A DNA stretch of 64,000 nt from Myxococcota bacterium (GTDB lineage: Bacteria > Myxococcota_A > UBA796 > SXON01). Shown piece after piece: positions 32,110 to 41,017 of this stretch. The stretch's first letter is position 1; each line of letters opens with the position of its first letter. The DNA lies in NCBI GenBank assembly GCA_040386535.1, contig JAZKFH010000016.1:1-64000 (forward strand), read 5' to 3'. The notes below the pieces were generated by a model that worked only from the letters and a program-made list of their open reading frames with translations, had not been told where the DNA came from and did no database searches. The position numbers and the translations under genes are program-made.

Positions 32110-32853
32110 CTACTTCCAGCGCCGCAGCCCGCTCCACGGCACCGCGAGCGGGTAGGACGGGAGCGTGTCCCCCTCGACCGGGAACCACCCCGCCGCGGGG
32201 CCCGAGAGGACGTGGAAGTCCATGGCGGGCATGAAGCCCTGGCCGACCAGCACCCAGGTGCGCCCGCCTCCTGAGGGGACGGGCGCCGTGGCGACGTCGA
32301 GGAGCACCACCGCGTGTCCCGGCGACCCGGGTTGCACCACGAGATCGCCCGGCGCGGGCGTCGTGACCGCGACCGTGTCTTTCGGGAGGCTGCGCGTACC
32401 CGCGTACGTGAACAGATCCATCAGCCACGCCTCGAACGCCTTGTCGGAGGCGTCGGGCCTGGCCGCACCCGGTACGAACGTCACGTCGTTGCCGACCACC
32501 TTCGGGCGGGTGCCCGCGGCCCAGGCGGCCCACGCCGACAGGTCGCCTGACGTGTAGTGGAACGCCGGCGAGCGGCCCACCGCGCGCTCCCAGGTGGCGC
32601 GCAGGCGCAGCGCGGAGTCGGCGCACTGCTGGAGATCGCGTGTGCCGATGGGCATGTCCACGACGCGCGCCACGTCGATGTCGACCGTACGGCCATCGTA
32701 GGTCCGCACGGCCCGGCCCGCGGCATGGAGCGGGAGCGCGCGCAGCCATGCGCCGAAGGCGTCGGCCTCGACACGCACCGCGCCCGGCGGCGGCGGGAAG
32801 GCCTCGCCGAGGGTCTCCGCGAGCGCCGTCTGCAACAGGAGGAGGAGCAGCAT
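32110..32853 (-). CDS. DUF4846-like secreted protein
   Basis: FGAWLRALPL, DLQQCADSALRLRA, YAGTRSL, GSPGHAV, GQGFMPA. Confidence 0.8.
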   Translation of the reverse strand: MLLLLLLQTALAETLGEAFPPPPGAVRVEADAFGAWLRALPLHAAGRAVRTYDGRTVDIDVARVVDMPIGTRDLQQCADSALRLRATWERAVGRSPAFHYTSGDLSAWAAWAAGTRPKVVGNDVTFVPGAARPDASDKAFEAWLMDLFTYAGTRSLPKDTVAVTTPAPGDLVVQPGSPGHAVVLLDVATAPVPSGGGRTWVLVGQGFMPAMDFHVLSGPAAGWFPVEGDTLPSYPLAVPWSGLRRWK

Positions 32854-32886
32854 GGGGACTCCGACAACACGCACGGGAACGGGTTC

Positions 32887-33801
32887 CTACACGCGCGGGA
32901 GCGCCTCGTCGGGGCCCTTGCGCCAGTCCTCCACGCCGGCGCGGATCGCCGCGGCGAGCGTGCGGGCAGCGGCCGGATCCTTCCACCGGGCCACACGCGC
33001 GGCGGCAATGGCGCCGAAGGTGGCGAGGAAGCGGGGGAAGTGGCGGGGACCGCGGTGCTTGAGCACGAAGTAGGCGGTGTTGCGGAAGCGCCAGGTCTCG
33101 CCGCGCAGGGCGTCCTCGACGCGCACGCCGCCCGAGGGCGCGGAGAGGTGCACCAACTCGCACGCGGGGTCGTACAGCAGGGTCCAGCCGGCGGCGCGGA
33201 CGCGGTAGGAGAAGTCGGTGTCCTCGAGCAGGGCGGTGCCGGTGTAGCGGCGGTCGAAGCCGCCCACCTGGTCGATCGCGGCGCGCAGGTAGCTCATGTT
33301 CGCGCCCTTGCAGCTCTCGATGGCGCGGCGCTCGGTGCCCCACATGTTCGTGATGGTGCGCCCGCCCGCCGAGATGTGCGCGGCGGTGTCCTTCGCGTTG
33401 GGGCGCACGCTGCGCTCGACGATGCGGCCGGTCACGCCGCCGATCGTGGGGTCGGCGTAGGCGCGCACATGGGCGTCCAGGAACGTGTCGTCGAGCAGGA
33501 TCACGTCGTCATCGAGAAAGAGCACGATGCGCCCCTTCGCCCGCGCGAGCCCCTCGTTGCGCGCATTGGGGAGGCCCTTCACCGCGAGGTGCAGGTAGTG
33601 CACGCGCGGATCCGCGAGCTCTGCCACCAAGGCCTCGTTCGCGGCGCGCTGGGCGGGGTCCGACTGGTCGATCAGCCAGAGGTCGAAGTCGGAGAAGCGC
33701 TGCCCGAGCACCTGCCGCACGCTTTCGTGGAACAGGCGGCCGCGGTTGAGCGTGGGGATGATGACCGACAGTTCAGGCAGGGCGGGCCTCCTTTCCACCA
33801 C
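32887..33801 (-). CDS. Glycosyltransferase family 2
   Basis: SVIIPTLNR, ARNEG, LFLDDD, GANMS, VGGFD, EDTDF. Start is GTG 33801/33798 or CTG 33780. Confidence 0.92.
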   Translation of the reverse strand: MVERRPALPELSVIIPTLNRGRLFHESVRQVLGQRFSDFDLWLIDQSDPAQRAANEALVAELADPRVHYLHLAVKGLPNARNEGLARAKGRIVLFLDDDVILLDDTFLDAHVRAYADPTIGGVTGRIVERSVRPNAKDTAAHISAGGRTITNMWGTERRAIESCKGANMSYLRAAIDQVGGFDRRYTGTALLEDTDFSYRVRAAGWTLLYDPACELVHLSAPSGGVRVEDALRGETWRFRNTAYFVLKHRGPRHFPRFLATFGAIAAARVARWKDPAAARTLAAAIRAGVEDWRKGPDEALPRV

Positions 33802-35011
33802 GGGACCCTTCCTCGCGCGCACGGACAGCCGCCGCGTAGAGCGCCCACAAGCGGTCCACACTCTTGGTCCACGTGAACCGCATCTCGACCATGCGCCGGC
33901 CCGAGGACCGCACGGGCTCGAGATCCTCGCGCATGCCCCGCGCCACCGCGGCACGGAGCGCGTCGACGTCCTCGCTCGGCACGAGCAGGCCGTTGCGCTC
34001 GTGGCACACGTAGTCGTCGCGCGCGGCCTCGACCGCGTCGCTCACGATGGCGAGCGCGCCGCTGTACATGCCCTCGAACACGACGCCGCCGACGGTCTCC
34101 CCGCGGGACGGCAGGCACACGATGTCGGCCTCGCGGAACAGCGCGACGAGCTCCGGGCGCGACACCGGGCCAAAGACGACACGGTCCCCCAGCGGCGCGG
34201 CGAGCGCGCGGACCTCGGCAGCGAAGTCGGGCTCGTTGACGGCGCCCGGGATGACCAGGCGCCAGCCGGGGGAGCCCGCGAACAGCGGCGCCATCGCGCG
34301 GACGAGCAGGTCGGGCCCCTTCTGGCGGGAGAGCCGCGACGGCGCCAGCACGATGCGGTCCGTGCCCAACCCGAGACGCGCACGGATGTCCACGCGCGCC
34401 TGGTCCGTGACGCTGTCGAACTCCGCGGGATCGACCGCCATGCCGATGTGCGTGCGCACGTTCTGCAGACCCAGCCGCTCCTTGAGCGCCGCGCCCGCGG
34501 CGGGCGAGTCCGCGATCACGAGATCGGCCCGAGCGAGCGCCCGCCGGGTCCAGTGGCGCCAGTACGCCGACCGCACGCGCTTGTTCAGCCCGCCCTCGCC
34601 CGCGAGGATCTCCTCCAGGAACGCGGCGGTGACGTAGTTCTGGACCACGAGGGGCGTGCCCGTGAGGCGCGCGCGCGCCGTGAGCGCGTCGAGGTGCAGC
34701 GAGGGGTAGCCCATGCAGACGAGCAGGTCCGCGCCGGCCACCACGTCCCGGAGCAGGCCGGGGGTGACGGCGTTCGCCTCGAACGGGTTGTTGAACGGCA
34801 GGGCGAAGGAGTCGTGCCGGTGCACGGTCACGCCGCCCTCGACCGTCGTGCCCGGGGTGGTGCGCTCGGCGAGGTTGAGGTTCGTGTACGTCGTGGTGTG
34901 GACGTGCACGTCGTGCCCGCGGCGCGCGAGCTCCTCCGATTGATGCTGGAGGATCACCTCTCCCCCGCCCACACATGGGGGGTAGAAGTAGCTGAAGGTC
35001 CGAATCTTCAC
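33773..35011 (-). CDS. Glycosyltransferase family 4
   Basis: YPPCVGGGE, RGHDVHV, SRLSRQKG, PSRGETVGGVVFEGM, NGLLV. Confidence 0.92.
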   Translation of the reverse strand: MKIRTFSYFYPPCVGGGEVILQHQSEELARRGHDVHVHTTTYTNLNLAERTTPGTTVEGGVTVHRHDSFALPFNNPFEANAVTPGLLRDVVAGADLLVCMGYPSLHLDALTARARLTGTPLVVQNYVTAAFLEEILAGEGGLNKRVRSAYWRHWTRRALARADLVIADSPAAGAALKERLGLQNVRTHIGMAVDPAEFDSVTDQARVDIRARLGLGTDRIVLAPSRLSRQKGPDLLVRAMAPLFAGSPGWRLVIPGAVNEPDFAAEVRALAAPLGDRVVFGPVSRPELVALFREADIVCLPSRGETVGGVVFEGMYSGALAIVSDAVEAARDDYVCHERNGLLVPSEDVDALRAAVARGMREDLEPVRSSGRRMVEMRFTWTKSVDRLWALYAAAVRAREEGSRGGKEARPA

Positions 35012-35035
35012 GCCAGCCCGGGGTCGCGCACCCAA

Positions 35036-35524
35036 CTAACCGATCGCGTGGATCCGACGGTCCGGCACGAGGATCCTGCGATCGGGCGAGACCCGCCGCG
35101 TGGGAGCGGCCTGGAACATGGGCGTCCGGCGCCGCGGCGAAGTGGCCGCGACCGGAGCTCCACGGCGCGCCGCCAGCGCCAGGATCGGACCGAGGGCCCC
35201 CATGACGAGGTACAGGCCGACCGTCTGGTAGACGCCCGCGAGGACGAGCGCCCCGCGGAGCCCCTCAGGAGGGCCCCGCACGGCGCCCCAGGAGCCGCCC
35301 CAGGGAAAGCCGGAGGCCAACAGGGCCACCACCACCGCCTGGATCGTCAGCATGCCCACAACGCACGCTGCTTGCAGCTGGAGCGCCCGGTGGTAGTGCG
35401 CCGCGAGCCCTACGTGGGCCCCGGCGGCGCGGCCGAAGATGCACGCGAGGGTGGAGCCGACGCCCGGGAGCACGAAGCCGCCGAGATAGATGGCGAGGAC
35501 GTACGGGCGACTTCGGAACCGCAT
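35036..35524 (-). CDS. Small membrane protein (possibly DUF4870-like)
   Basis: Three hydrophobic segments around HYHRALQLQ; fills the gap upstream of the GT4 gene. Confidence 0.5.
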   Translation of the reverse strand: MRFRSRPYVLAIYLGGFVLPGVGSTLACIFGRAAGAHVGLAAHYHRALQLQAACVVGMLTIQAVVVALLASGFPWGGSWGAVRGPPEGLRGALVLAGVYQTVGLYLVMGALGPILALAARRGAPVAATSPRRRTPMFQAAPTRRVSPDRRILVPDRRIHAIG

Positions 35525-35575
35525 GTTCTACTTGCCTCGCAAATCGTGGATAGAAAGGACCGAACTGGAGAAAAG

Positions 35576-37000
35576 ATGAACACCGGCCGCCGCATCGCCG
35601 ACGCCCAACTCACCCTCGCGCGCTCCCGGCGGCCCACCGTCCCGCTCCTGGATCGCCTCCTCCTCGCGACCACGCCCGCGGAGATCGCCGCGACCGTGGG
35701 CGCGGCCCGGCCCTTCATCGTCGAGGACATCTTCGACGACAGCGGGGAGACCGCCGGCCCCGCGCTGCTCCGCGCGGCGCACGCCAAGGAGCTCGGCTTC
35801 TCCGCCGGTGACCTCGCCTACCGCGCCCTCCACCCGGGCCTGGACGTCGGCATCTACGCCTGCTCCCACTCGATGGGCATCCCCTCCATCGCCGGCCCGG
35901 CCGCCGTGATGGACCAGCTCGCCCAGCTCGAGCGCTCCGGCATCGGCGTCTGGGACGACGGCACCTGGCCCGCCGTGATGGACCAGTTCCGCGAGCGCGT
36001 CTCGCAGCTGGTGGGCGGCACCCTCGCGGAGGGCGACGTCACCTGGTTCCCCAACGTGTCCGAGGCCCTCTGCGCGGTGCTCGAGGGCTTCGACAGCGGC
36101 ACCGTCGTCTACACCAGCGGCCACTTCACGACCGGCCACTACGTACACCACCAGTGGGCGCAGAACACCGGCGGGAAGCTCAAGGAGGTCCCGCTCGACG
36201 CCGACGGCTCCATGCCCACCGCGCGCCTCATCGACGCCATCACCCCCGACACGAAGGTGCTGTCGATCTCGCACGCGCTCTTCGAGTCCGGCTGGCTCCA
36301 GGATCTGCCCGCGCTCGCCGCCGCCCTGAAGCAGAAGGCGCCCGACGCGCTGCTGCTCCTCGACGCCTACCAGACCGCGGGCAGCGTGCCGATCGAGGCC
36401 GCGGCGCTCGGCGACCACGTGGCCGTGACCGCCGGCGGCCACAAGCAGCTCCGCTCCTCGGCCGGCGCCGCGTTCCTGTACATGCCGCGCCGCTGGCTCC
36501 GCACGCTGACCCCGAAGCGGACCGGTTGGTGGAACCACGCCGACCCCTTCACGTTCGAGAAGGGCGCCGTGCGCCGCGCGACCGACGGCACGCGGTTCCG
36601 CACGGGCACCCCCACGTTGGCCGGCATGGCGATGCTCCTCGGCGAGCTCGCCGCGCTCGCCTCCTCCACGGACGGCTCGCTGCACGACGCCGTGGGGCGC
36701 TCGCGCCGCGTCACCTCCGGCCTGGTAGGCCGGGCGATCGAGCGGGCCCGTGAGCGCGGCCTGGAGGTACGGGGGGCCTGGAGCCCCGAACGCCGCGCCG
36801 CGTTCGTCTGCCTCGTCCTGTCCGACGGCGCGCGGCTCAACGAGGAGCTCGCGCGGCAGGGCATCCGCGTCGACTTCCGCCCCCTCGTCCCCGGCAGCCA
36901 GGACGGCCTGCTGCGCATCGGCACGAACAGCGCCGGCTTCGCCTACGAGATCGACGCCGTCATCGACGCTATCGCCGCGCATCGTCCCACCCGCGCGTAG
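35576..37000 (+). CDS. PLP-dependent class V aminotransferase-fold enzyme, kynureninase-like
   Basis: IYACSHSMG, FTT..Y, SHALFESG, LDAYQTAG, GGHKQL (PLP Lys), GWW, RFRTGTP, VDFR, LRIG; GGAG RBS. Confidence 0.8.
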   Translation: MNTGRRIADAQLTLARSRRPTVPLLDRLLLATTPAEIAATVGAARPFIVEDIFDDSGETAGPALLRAAHAKELGFSAGDLAYRALHPGLDVGIYACSHSMGIPSIAGPAAVMDQLAQLERSGIGVWDDGTWPAVMDQFRERVSQLVGGTLAEGDVTWFPNVSEALCAVLEGFDSGTVVYTSGHFTTGHYVHHQWAQNTGGKLKEVPLDADGSMPTARLIDAITPDTKVLSISHALFESGWLQDLPALAAALKQKAPDALLLLDAYQTAGSVPIEAAALGDHVAVTAGGHKQLRSSAGAAFLYMPRRWLRTLTPKRTGWWNHADPFTFEKGAVRRATDGTRFRTGTPTLAGMAMLLGELAALASSTDGSLHDAVGRSRRVTSGLVGRAIERARERGLEVRGAWSPERRAAFVCLVLSDGARLNEELARQGIRVDFRPLVPGSQDGLLRIGTNSAGFAYEIDAVIDAIAAHRPTRA

Positions 37001-37382
37001 TCGTCCCGCCGAGCGCCAACGGGCGCGACGCGAGCAGGTCGGCGAGCCAGGCGGGATCGATGGCCCAACGTGCGTCGTCCCCCGCCTCCGTTCGCACGAG
37101 CACGCGGGCGCCGGGCTCCAGCAGCACGACCACGGCGCGGCCGTCCGCGAGGGTGGTGACGCCGAGCGGATCGCGGCGGGAGCGGTCCCAGCGCGCGGCG
37201 ACACGGCCATCTCCGGCGTCGTCCACCACCCACCAGCACGCCACCTCCTCGTCCCGCGCGAGGATGTGGGCGGCGCCGTCGGGCGTCACCGTCGTGAACC
37301 CGGGGGCCGGGGGGAGGGTCGGCGGCGGGCACGGCGCGCCGAGGGCGAAGGGGACCAGCACGAACAAGGCGAGGGCGGACAT
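36969..37382 (-). CDS. Hypothetical exported protein
   Basis: Signal-like MSALALFVLVPFALG; GGAG upstream; no recognisable family. Confidence 0.5.
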   Translation of the reverse strand: MSALALFVLVPFALGAPCPPPTLPPAPGFTTVTPDGAAHILARDEEVACWWVVDDAGDGRVAARWDRSRRDPLGVTTLADGRAVVVLLEPGARVLVRTEAGDDARWAIDPAWLADLLASRPLALGGTTTRGWDDARR

Positions 37383-37478
37383 GCGGCGGCTCCGGGGCGA
37401 CCGCCGGGTGTGCAAGCCCGATGCCTACAGCTGATCCTCGATCATTCGTGACCGTGCCGCCGGACGGCCGTCAGGGGG

Positions 37479-37505
37479 TGACGGAGGTCCACGTGACTTC
37501 CGTCA
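37479..37505. terminator. Stem-loop downstream of 37517..38065
   Basis: TGACGGAGGTC-cacgt-GACTTCCGTCA (11-bp stem with one G-U or mismatch); no U-tract. Confidence 0.45.
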
Positions 37506-37516
37506 ACCGCCGCGCG

Positions 37517-38065
37517 TCAAGTGGTCTTGAAGAAGTCGTCCTCGAAGGTGCCCGGGGCCTGGCCGTTGCCGCGCGGCGCGTCCTTCCCGGACTCGGCCGG
37601 CGGGGCGGCGAGGATCCGGGGCTCCGGGCGGCTCACGGGGCGCGGGGGCGCACGGGCGGGTTCGGGGACCTTCTGGACGTCGCCGCGGGCGTCCTCGGCG
37701 GCGGCTTCCGGGCGCGCTGCGGGCGGCGCGATCACGACGGACGCGGTGCTCACGACGGGCTCCGCGTCCTCCACGACCACCTCCTCCTCGTCGGCGGGCG
37801 GGGCGGCCGGCGCGTCAGGGGCGCTCGGCGCGGCGGCGGCGGCGGCTTCGGTGACCACGGGCGTCAAGACCCACTCGGACTCGAGGACGCGGATGGCGCT
37901 GAACGCCGCGACGGCCTCGAGGCCCACCTCGGTCGTGAGCTTGCGCGCGGCCTGGTAGCCGGTGATCGTGACCGTGGGCGCGCCGCACGTCGGGCAGCTG
38001 CGGCTCTGGATGGCGTAGGTGAACGCCGCGGGGACGCGGTGCCCGTAGAGGCAACGATGATCCAT
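37517..38065 (-). CDS. Hypothetical protein: N-terminal zinc ribbon (CxxGH...CPTCG) plus disordered tail
   Basis: GAGGAG RBS; MDHRCLYGH...CPTCG; Pro/Ala/Glu-rich C-terminus ending FEDDFFKTT. Confidence 0.75.
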   Translation of the reverse strand: MDHRCLYGHRVPAAFTYAIQSRSCPTCGAPTVTITGYQAARKLTTEVGLEAVAAFSAIRVLESEWVLTPVVTEAAAAAAPSAPDAPAAPPADEEEVVVEDAEPVVSTASVVIAPPAARPEAAAEDARGDVQKVPEPARAPPRPVSRPEPRILAAPPAESGKDAPRGNGQAPGTFEDDFFKTT

Positions 38066-38072
38066 GAACTCC

Positions 38073-40562
38073 TCAGTCGACCGAGAGGTCGCCGTTGACG
38101 TTGACATAGCCGGACTCGGCCCCGTCGAGCAGGATCGACTCGACGCCGAGCGTGAAGCCCTGGATCTCGGGGATGGGCACCTCGCCGAGGCCTTCGGTGA
38201 GGGACGGGAGCAGCATCGGCACGAGCGCGCCGAGCAGCGCCTCGGCGTCCGCGCTCGCCTCGGTGCCGGCGGAGGGCACGACCACGTCGAACCAGATCGT
38301 GGTCTCGCCGAGCGCGGGCAGCAGCGTGCCCGCCTCGCTCACGTCGAGATCGAGCTCCGCGACGATCGACGCGTAGAGCTGGAACACGATGGTTCCGTCC
38401 TCCGGGGCGCCGTCGTACAGGGTCAGCGCGAGGTCCCCGATCTGCAGATCGAGCAGCCCGCCGCCGGTCCCGGGCACGAGCACCGGCGGCAGCATCGCCT
38501 CCGTCGTGATCGAGAGGCTCGAGAAGGGCAGGAACGTGGAGAGCGAGCCGAGGTCGAGGCCGAGCTCCTGCTCGCCGAGCGTGCGGTCCAGGAGCCCGCC
38601 GCCCCAGAACGCGTAGAGCGCCTGGTTGAGGAAGTCGAGCCCGAGCGACAGCTGCATGCCCGGCGTGCCAGAGCTGTACAGCGGCAGCGTGTAGTCGCCG
38701 TAGAGGCTGCCGGGGCCCGCTGTCGGGTGGTTCCACGCGCTCGTGGTGAACGTGGTGCCGAGCCCGAGGGTGAGCCCCAGGTCGTCGACGCTGCAATACG
38801 ACGGTGCCGCCTCGAAGGAGTAGACGCCACCTTCGATGTCGAGGTCCGTGGCGATCTCCAGGCTCCCCACCGCGTCCGCCACGAGGGACGGCACCTCGTC
38901 GGCGATGACGCCCTCGATCGCGTCCTCCATCGCGCCCTGGATGAGGCCCGACAGGTCGAGCCCGAAGAAGTCCATCACGTCGTAGATCCACGAGTCCCAG
39001 TCGAACGTGAAGCCGGCGCTCGACACGTCGACCGCGAGCACGTTCACGCCGAGCACGCCATCGGTGACGTAGGGCTGCAGGTCCATGTCGATGGTGATGG
39101 AGTCGGCGTAGATCTGGCCGCTGCCGCTGTAGCCGATGCCGATCACGTCCCCGTCCGCCGCCCAGTCGATCGAGGGGTCGAACACCGCGAACGTCGTGTT
39201 GAGCCAGCCGCCCGCGTCCGGATCGAACTCCAGATCCGTCGCCCCGATGTACGGGTTCGTGACGTAGAGCGCGATCGAGTACCAGGTGATGCAGACCTCG
39301 TCGAACAACAGATCGATGCAGCTCTCGGACTCTGTCGCGAACGCCGGGTTCGGCAGCGCGGCCGACAGGTCCGTACCGCCGATGATGCCCTCACCCAGCG
39401 CTTCGAGCGTGTCGAAGCCACCCTGGTTGATGCGCGCCGCGACGCCCTCGCCCACCGCGTCCCCGTAGGGGAGGAACGCCCCGGCGAGGACCGCGCGGGT
39501 GTCGGACGTGACGTTGCCGTCGCCGTCGACCGCCTCGGACTCGAGGACGTTCAGGCCGAACACGTTGTCGACCGACGTGGCGAAGCTGCCGTCCGCGCCG
39601 ACCACGACGCTCTCGCCGCCCACCGTGAGCGAGGTGACGCCGGTGTAGGGGTCGGTGACCGTGCCGGTGACACTCGTGGCGGCGTCCGTCGAGAACGTGC
39701 CACGCTCTGGCGTGTCGATGTCGAGCGTCGGGCCGGTCGAGTCGATGAGGAGGGGGCCGACGCTGTCCGCGAGATCGAGGTAGCGCGCCCAGACGACGAA
39801 GTATCCCTCGGAGAGGAAGGTGATGTTGCGGCCGGAGAGCGTGGTGGCGCCGATGCTCTCGACGGAGAGCGCCCAGTCGACGTCGACCTCGTTTCCGTAC
39901 ACGTCGTACGCCACCGCGGTGGCGGAGGTGGTCTCGTACACCTCGACGTCGCTGTCCGAGAGGGTGAGGTCCAGCTCGACGGGTTCACCCGCAACCACGC
40001 GCAACGTCTCGACATCTACCTGCTCGTCGAGCGAGGCGGTGAGCGTGTAGAGGCCGGGAACGGTGGACACGACGTTCGGGGCGACCACCGCGAGGTCGGG
40101 GGAGTCGGCCACGACGACCGCGCCGTCGAGCGGGTTGCCGAAGGCGTCGAACGCGGTGACCGTGAAGCCGAGGGGCTCCCCGGCGGCCGACTGGTTCGCG
40201 TCGAGCGCGAGGTCGAGCATCGCGGCGGGACCGGCGGCCACGTCGAGCGTGACATCCGCGCGGTAGGCGTTCTCGTACACGTCCCCGATGGCGGTGATCG
40301 TGTGGCGCCCCGCGACGAACGCCGTCAGCGTGGTGTCATCGTAGGTGAGCCCCGGCTCGACGTCGGATGCGAGCGACACGTCGACCTGGAGAGGGTCCCC
40401 GTTGGGGGTCACCAGGCTGGCGGTCCAGGTGACGGGCTGCCCGGCGACGGCCGGACCATCCACCAGGAAGGAGAACGACGGGCCGGTCTCGGCGTCGTCG
40501 ACGGGGGTGCGCCGACAGCCGGCGATCACCAGGAGCGCGATCCAGGGCAGGCGCACGGACAC
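38073..40562 (-). CDS. Large acidic lipoprotein: Ig-like repeats plus BPI/LBP(TULIP)-like C-terminal region
   Basis: LVIAG-C lipobox; DAFGN/DVYGN/DGDGN Ig-like repeats; GVAARINQGGFDTL and LSLGLDFLNQALYAFWGGGLL resemble BPI N- and C-barrel motifs. Confidence 0.7.
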   Translation of the reverse strand: MSVRLPWIALLVIAGCRRTPVDDAETGPSFSFLVDGPAVAGQPVTWTASLVTPNGDPLQVDVSLASDVEPGLTYDDTTLTAFVAGRHTITAIGDVYENAYRADVTLDVAAGPAAMLDLALDANQSAAGEPLGFTVTAFDAFGNPLDGAVVVADSPDLAVVAPNVVSTVPGLYTLTASLDEQVDVETLRVVAGEPVELDLTLSDSDVEVYETTSATAVAYDVYGNEVDVDWALSVESIGATTLSGRNITFLSEGYFVVWARYLDLADSVGPLLIDSTGPTLDIDTPERGTFSTDAATSVTGTVTDPYTGVTSLTVGGESVVVGADGSFATSVDNVFGLNVLESEAVDGDGNVTSDTRAVLAGAFLPYGDAVGEGVAARINQGGFDTLEALGEGIIGGTDLSAALPNPAFATESESCIDLLFDEVCITWYSIALYVTNPYIGATDLEFDPDAGGWLNTTFAVFDPSIDWAADGDVIGIGYSGSGQIYADSITIDMDLQPYVTDGVLGVNVLAVDVSSAGFTFDWDSWIYDVMDFFGLDLSGLIQGAMEDAIEGVIADEVPSLVADAVGSLEIATDLDIEGGVYSFEAAPSYCSVDDLGLTLGLGTTFTTSAWNHPTAGPGSLYGDYTLPLYSSGTPGMQLSLGLDFLNQALYAFWGGGLLDRTLGEQELGLDLGSLSTFLPFSSLSITTEAMLPPVLVPGTGGGLLDLQIGDLALTLYDGAPEDGTIVFQLYASIVAELDLDVSEAGTLLPALGETTIWFDVVVPSAGTEASADAEALLGALVPMLLPSLTEGLGEVPIPEIQGFTLGVESILLDGAESGYVNVNGDLSVD

Positions 40563-40660
40563 CTCTACCCGCGGAGTGTGCCCGACCGGGCGCCCGATGT
40601 AAACGACGAGACGGGCCTACCTGCGCTGGCGGTAGCCCGGATCGTGACGTCGGTGGGGCG

Positions 40661-41017
40661 TCAATCGCCGTCGCCGACCTTGCCGCGCCCGCGCTTGACG
40701 TGAGCACGGATGCGCTTGCCCTCGTGGCGCCGTTCCTGGGAGCCGCGTGTGGGCCGGGTGGCGCGGCGCATCGGCGGGGGCGGGCGGCGGAGCACCGTCA
40801 ACTTCTCGCGGAGGCGATCGAGCGCCACGCCGATGTTCTGTGTGCGGCTGCGCCGCTCGGACGCCTGCACCACGAGGCCGGTCGGGCGATGGGCGAGCCG
40901 TACACCGGTCTCCGTCTTGTTGCGGTGCTGGCCACCGGGGCCCGAGCCGCGGAACGCCTCCATGTCGCAGTCGGCGAGCAGCGTGTCGTCGTCCTCGGGG
41001 ACGAGGAACGAGGTCAT
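40661..41017 (-). CDS. RF-1 domain peptidyl-tRNA hydrolase, ArfB(YaeJ)-like
   Basis: GSGPGGQHRNKTETGVR...H.PTG...ERRSRTQN, and a basic tail RRATRPTRGSQERR...KR. Confidence 0.88.
   Translation of the reverse strand: MTSFLVPEDDDTLLADCDMEAFRGSGPGGQHRNKTETGVRLAHRPTGLVVQASERRSRTQNIGVALDRLREKLTVLRRPPPPMRRATRPTRGSQERRHEGKRIRAHVKRGRGKVGDGD

Noticed and set aside
33746..37000. 1084-aa fusion ORF, and similar long N-terminal extensions (6374..9277, 26463..28577, 58337..61990, 41014..42927)
   Set aside because: The extensions overlap other real genes. True starts with an RBS or stop/start overlap lie downstream.
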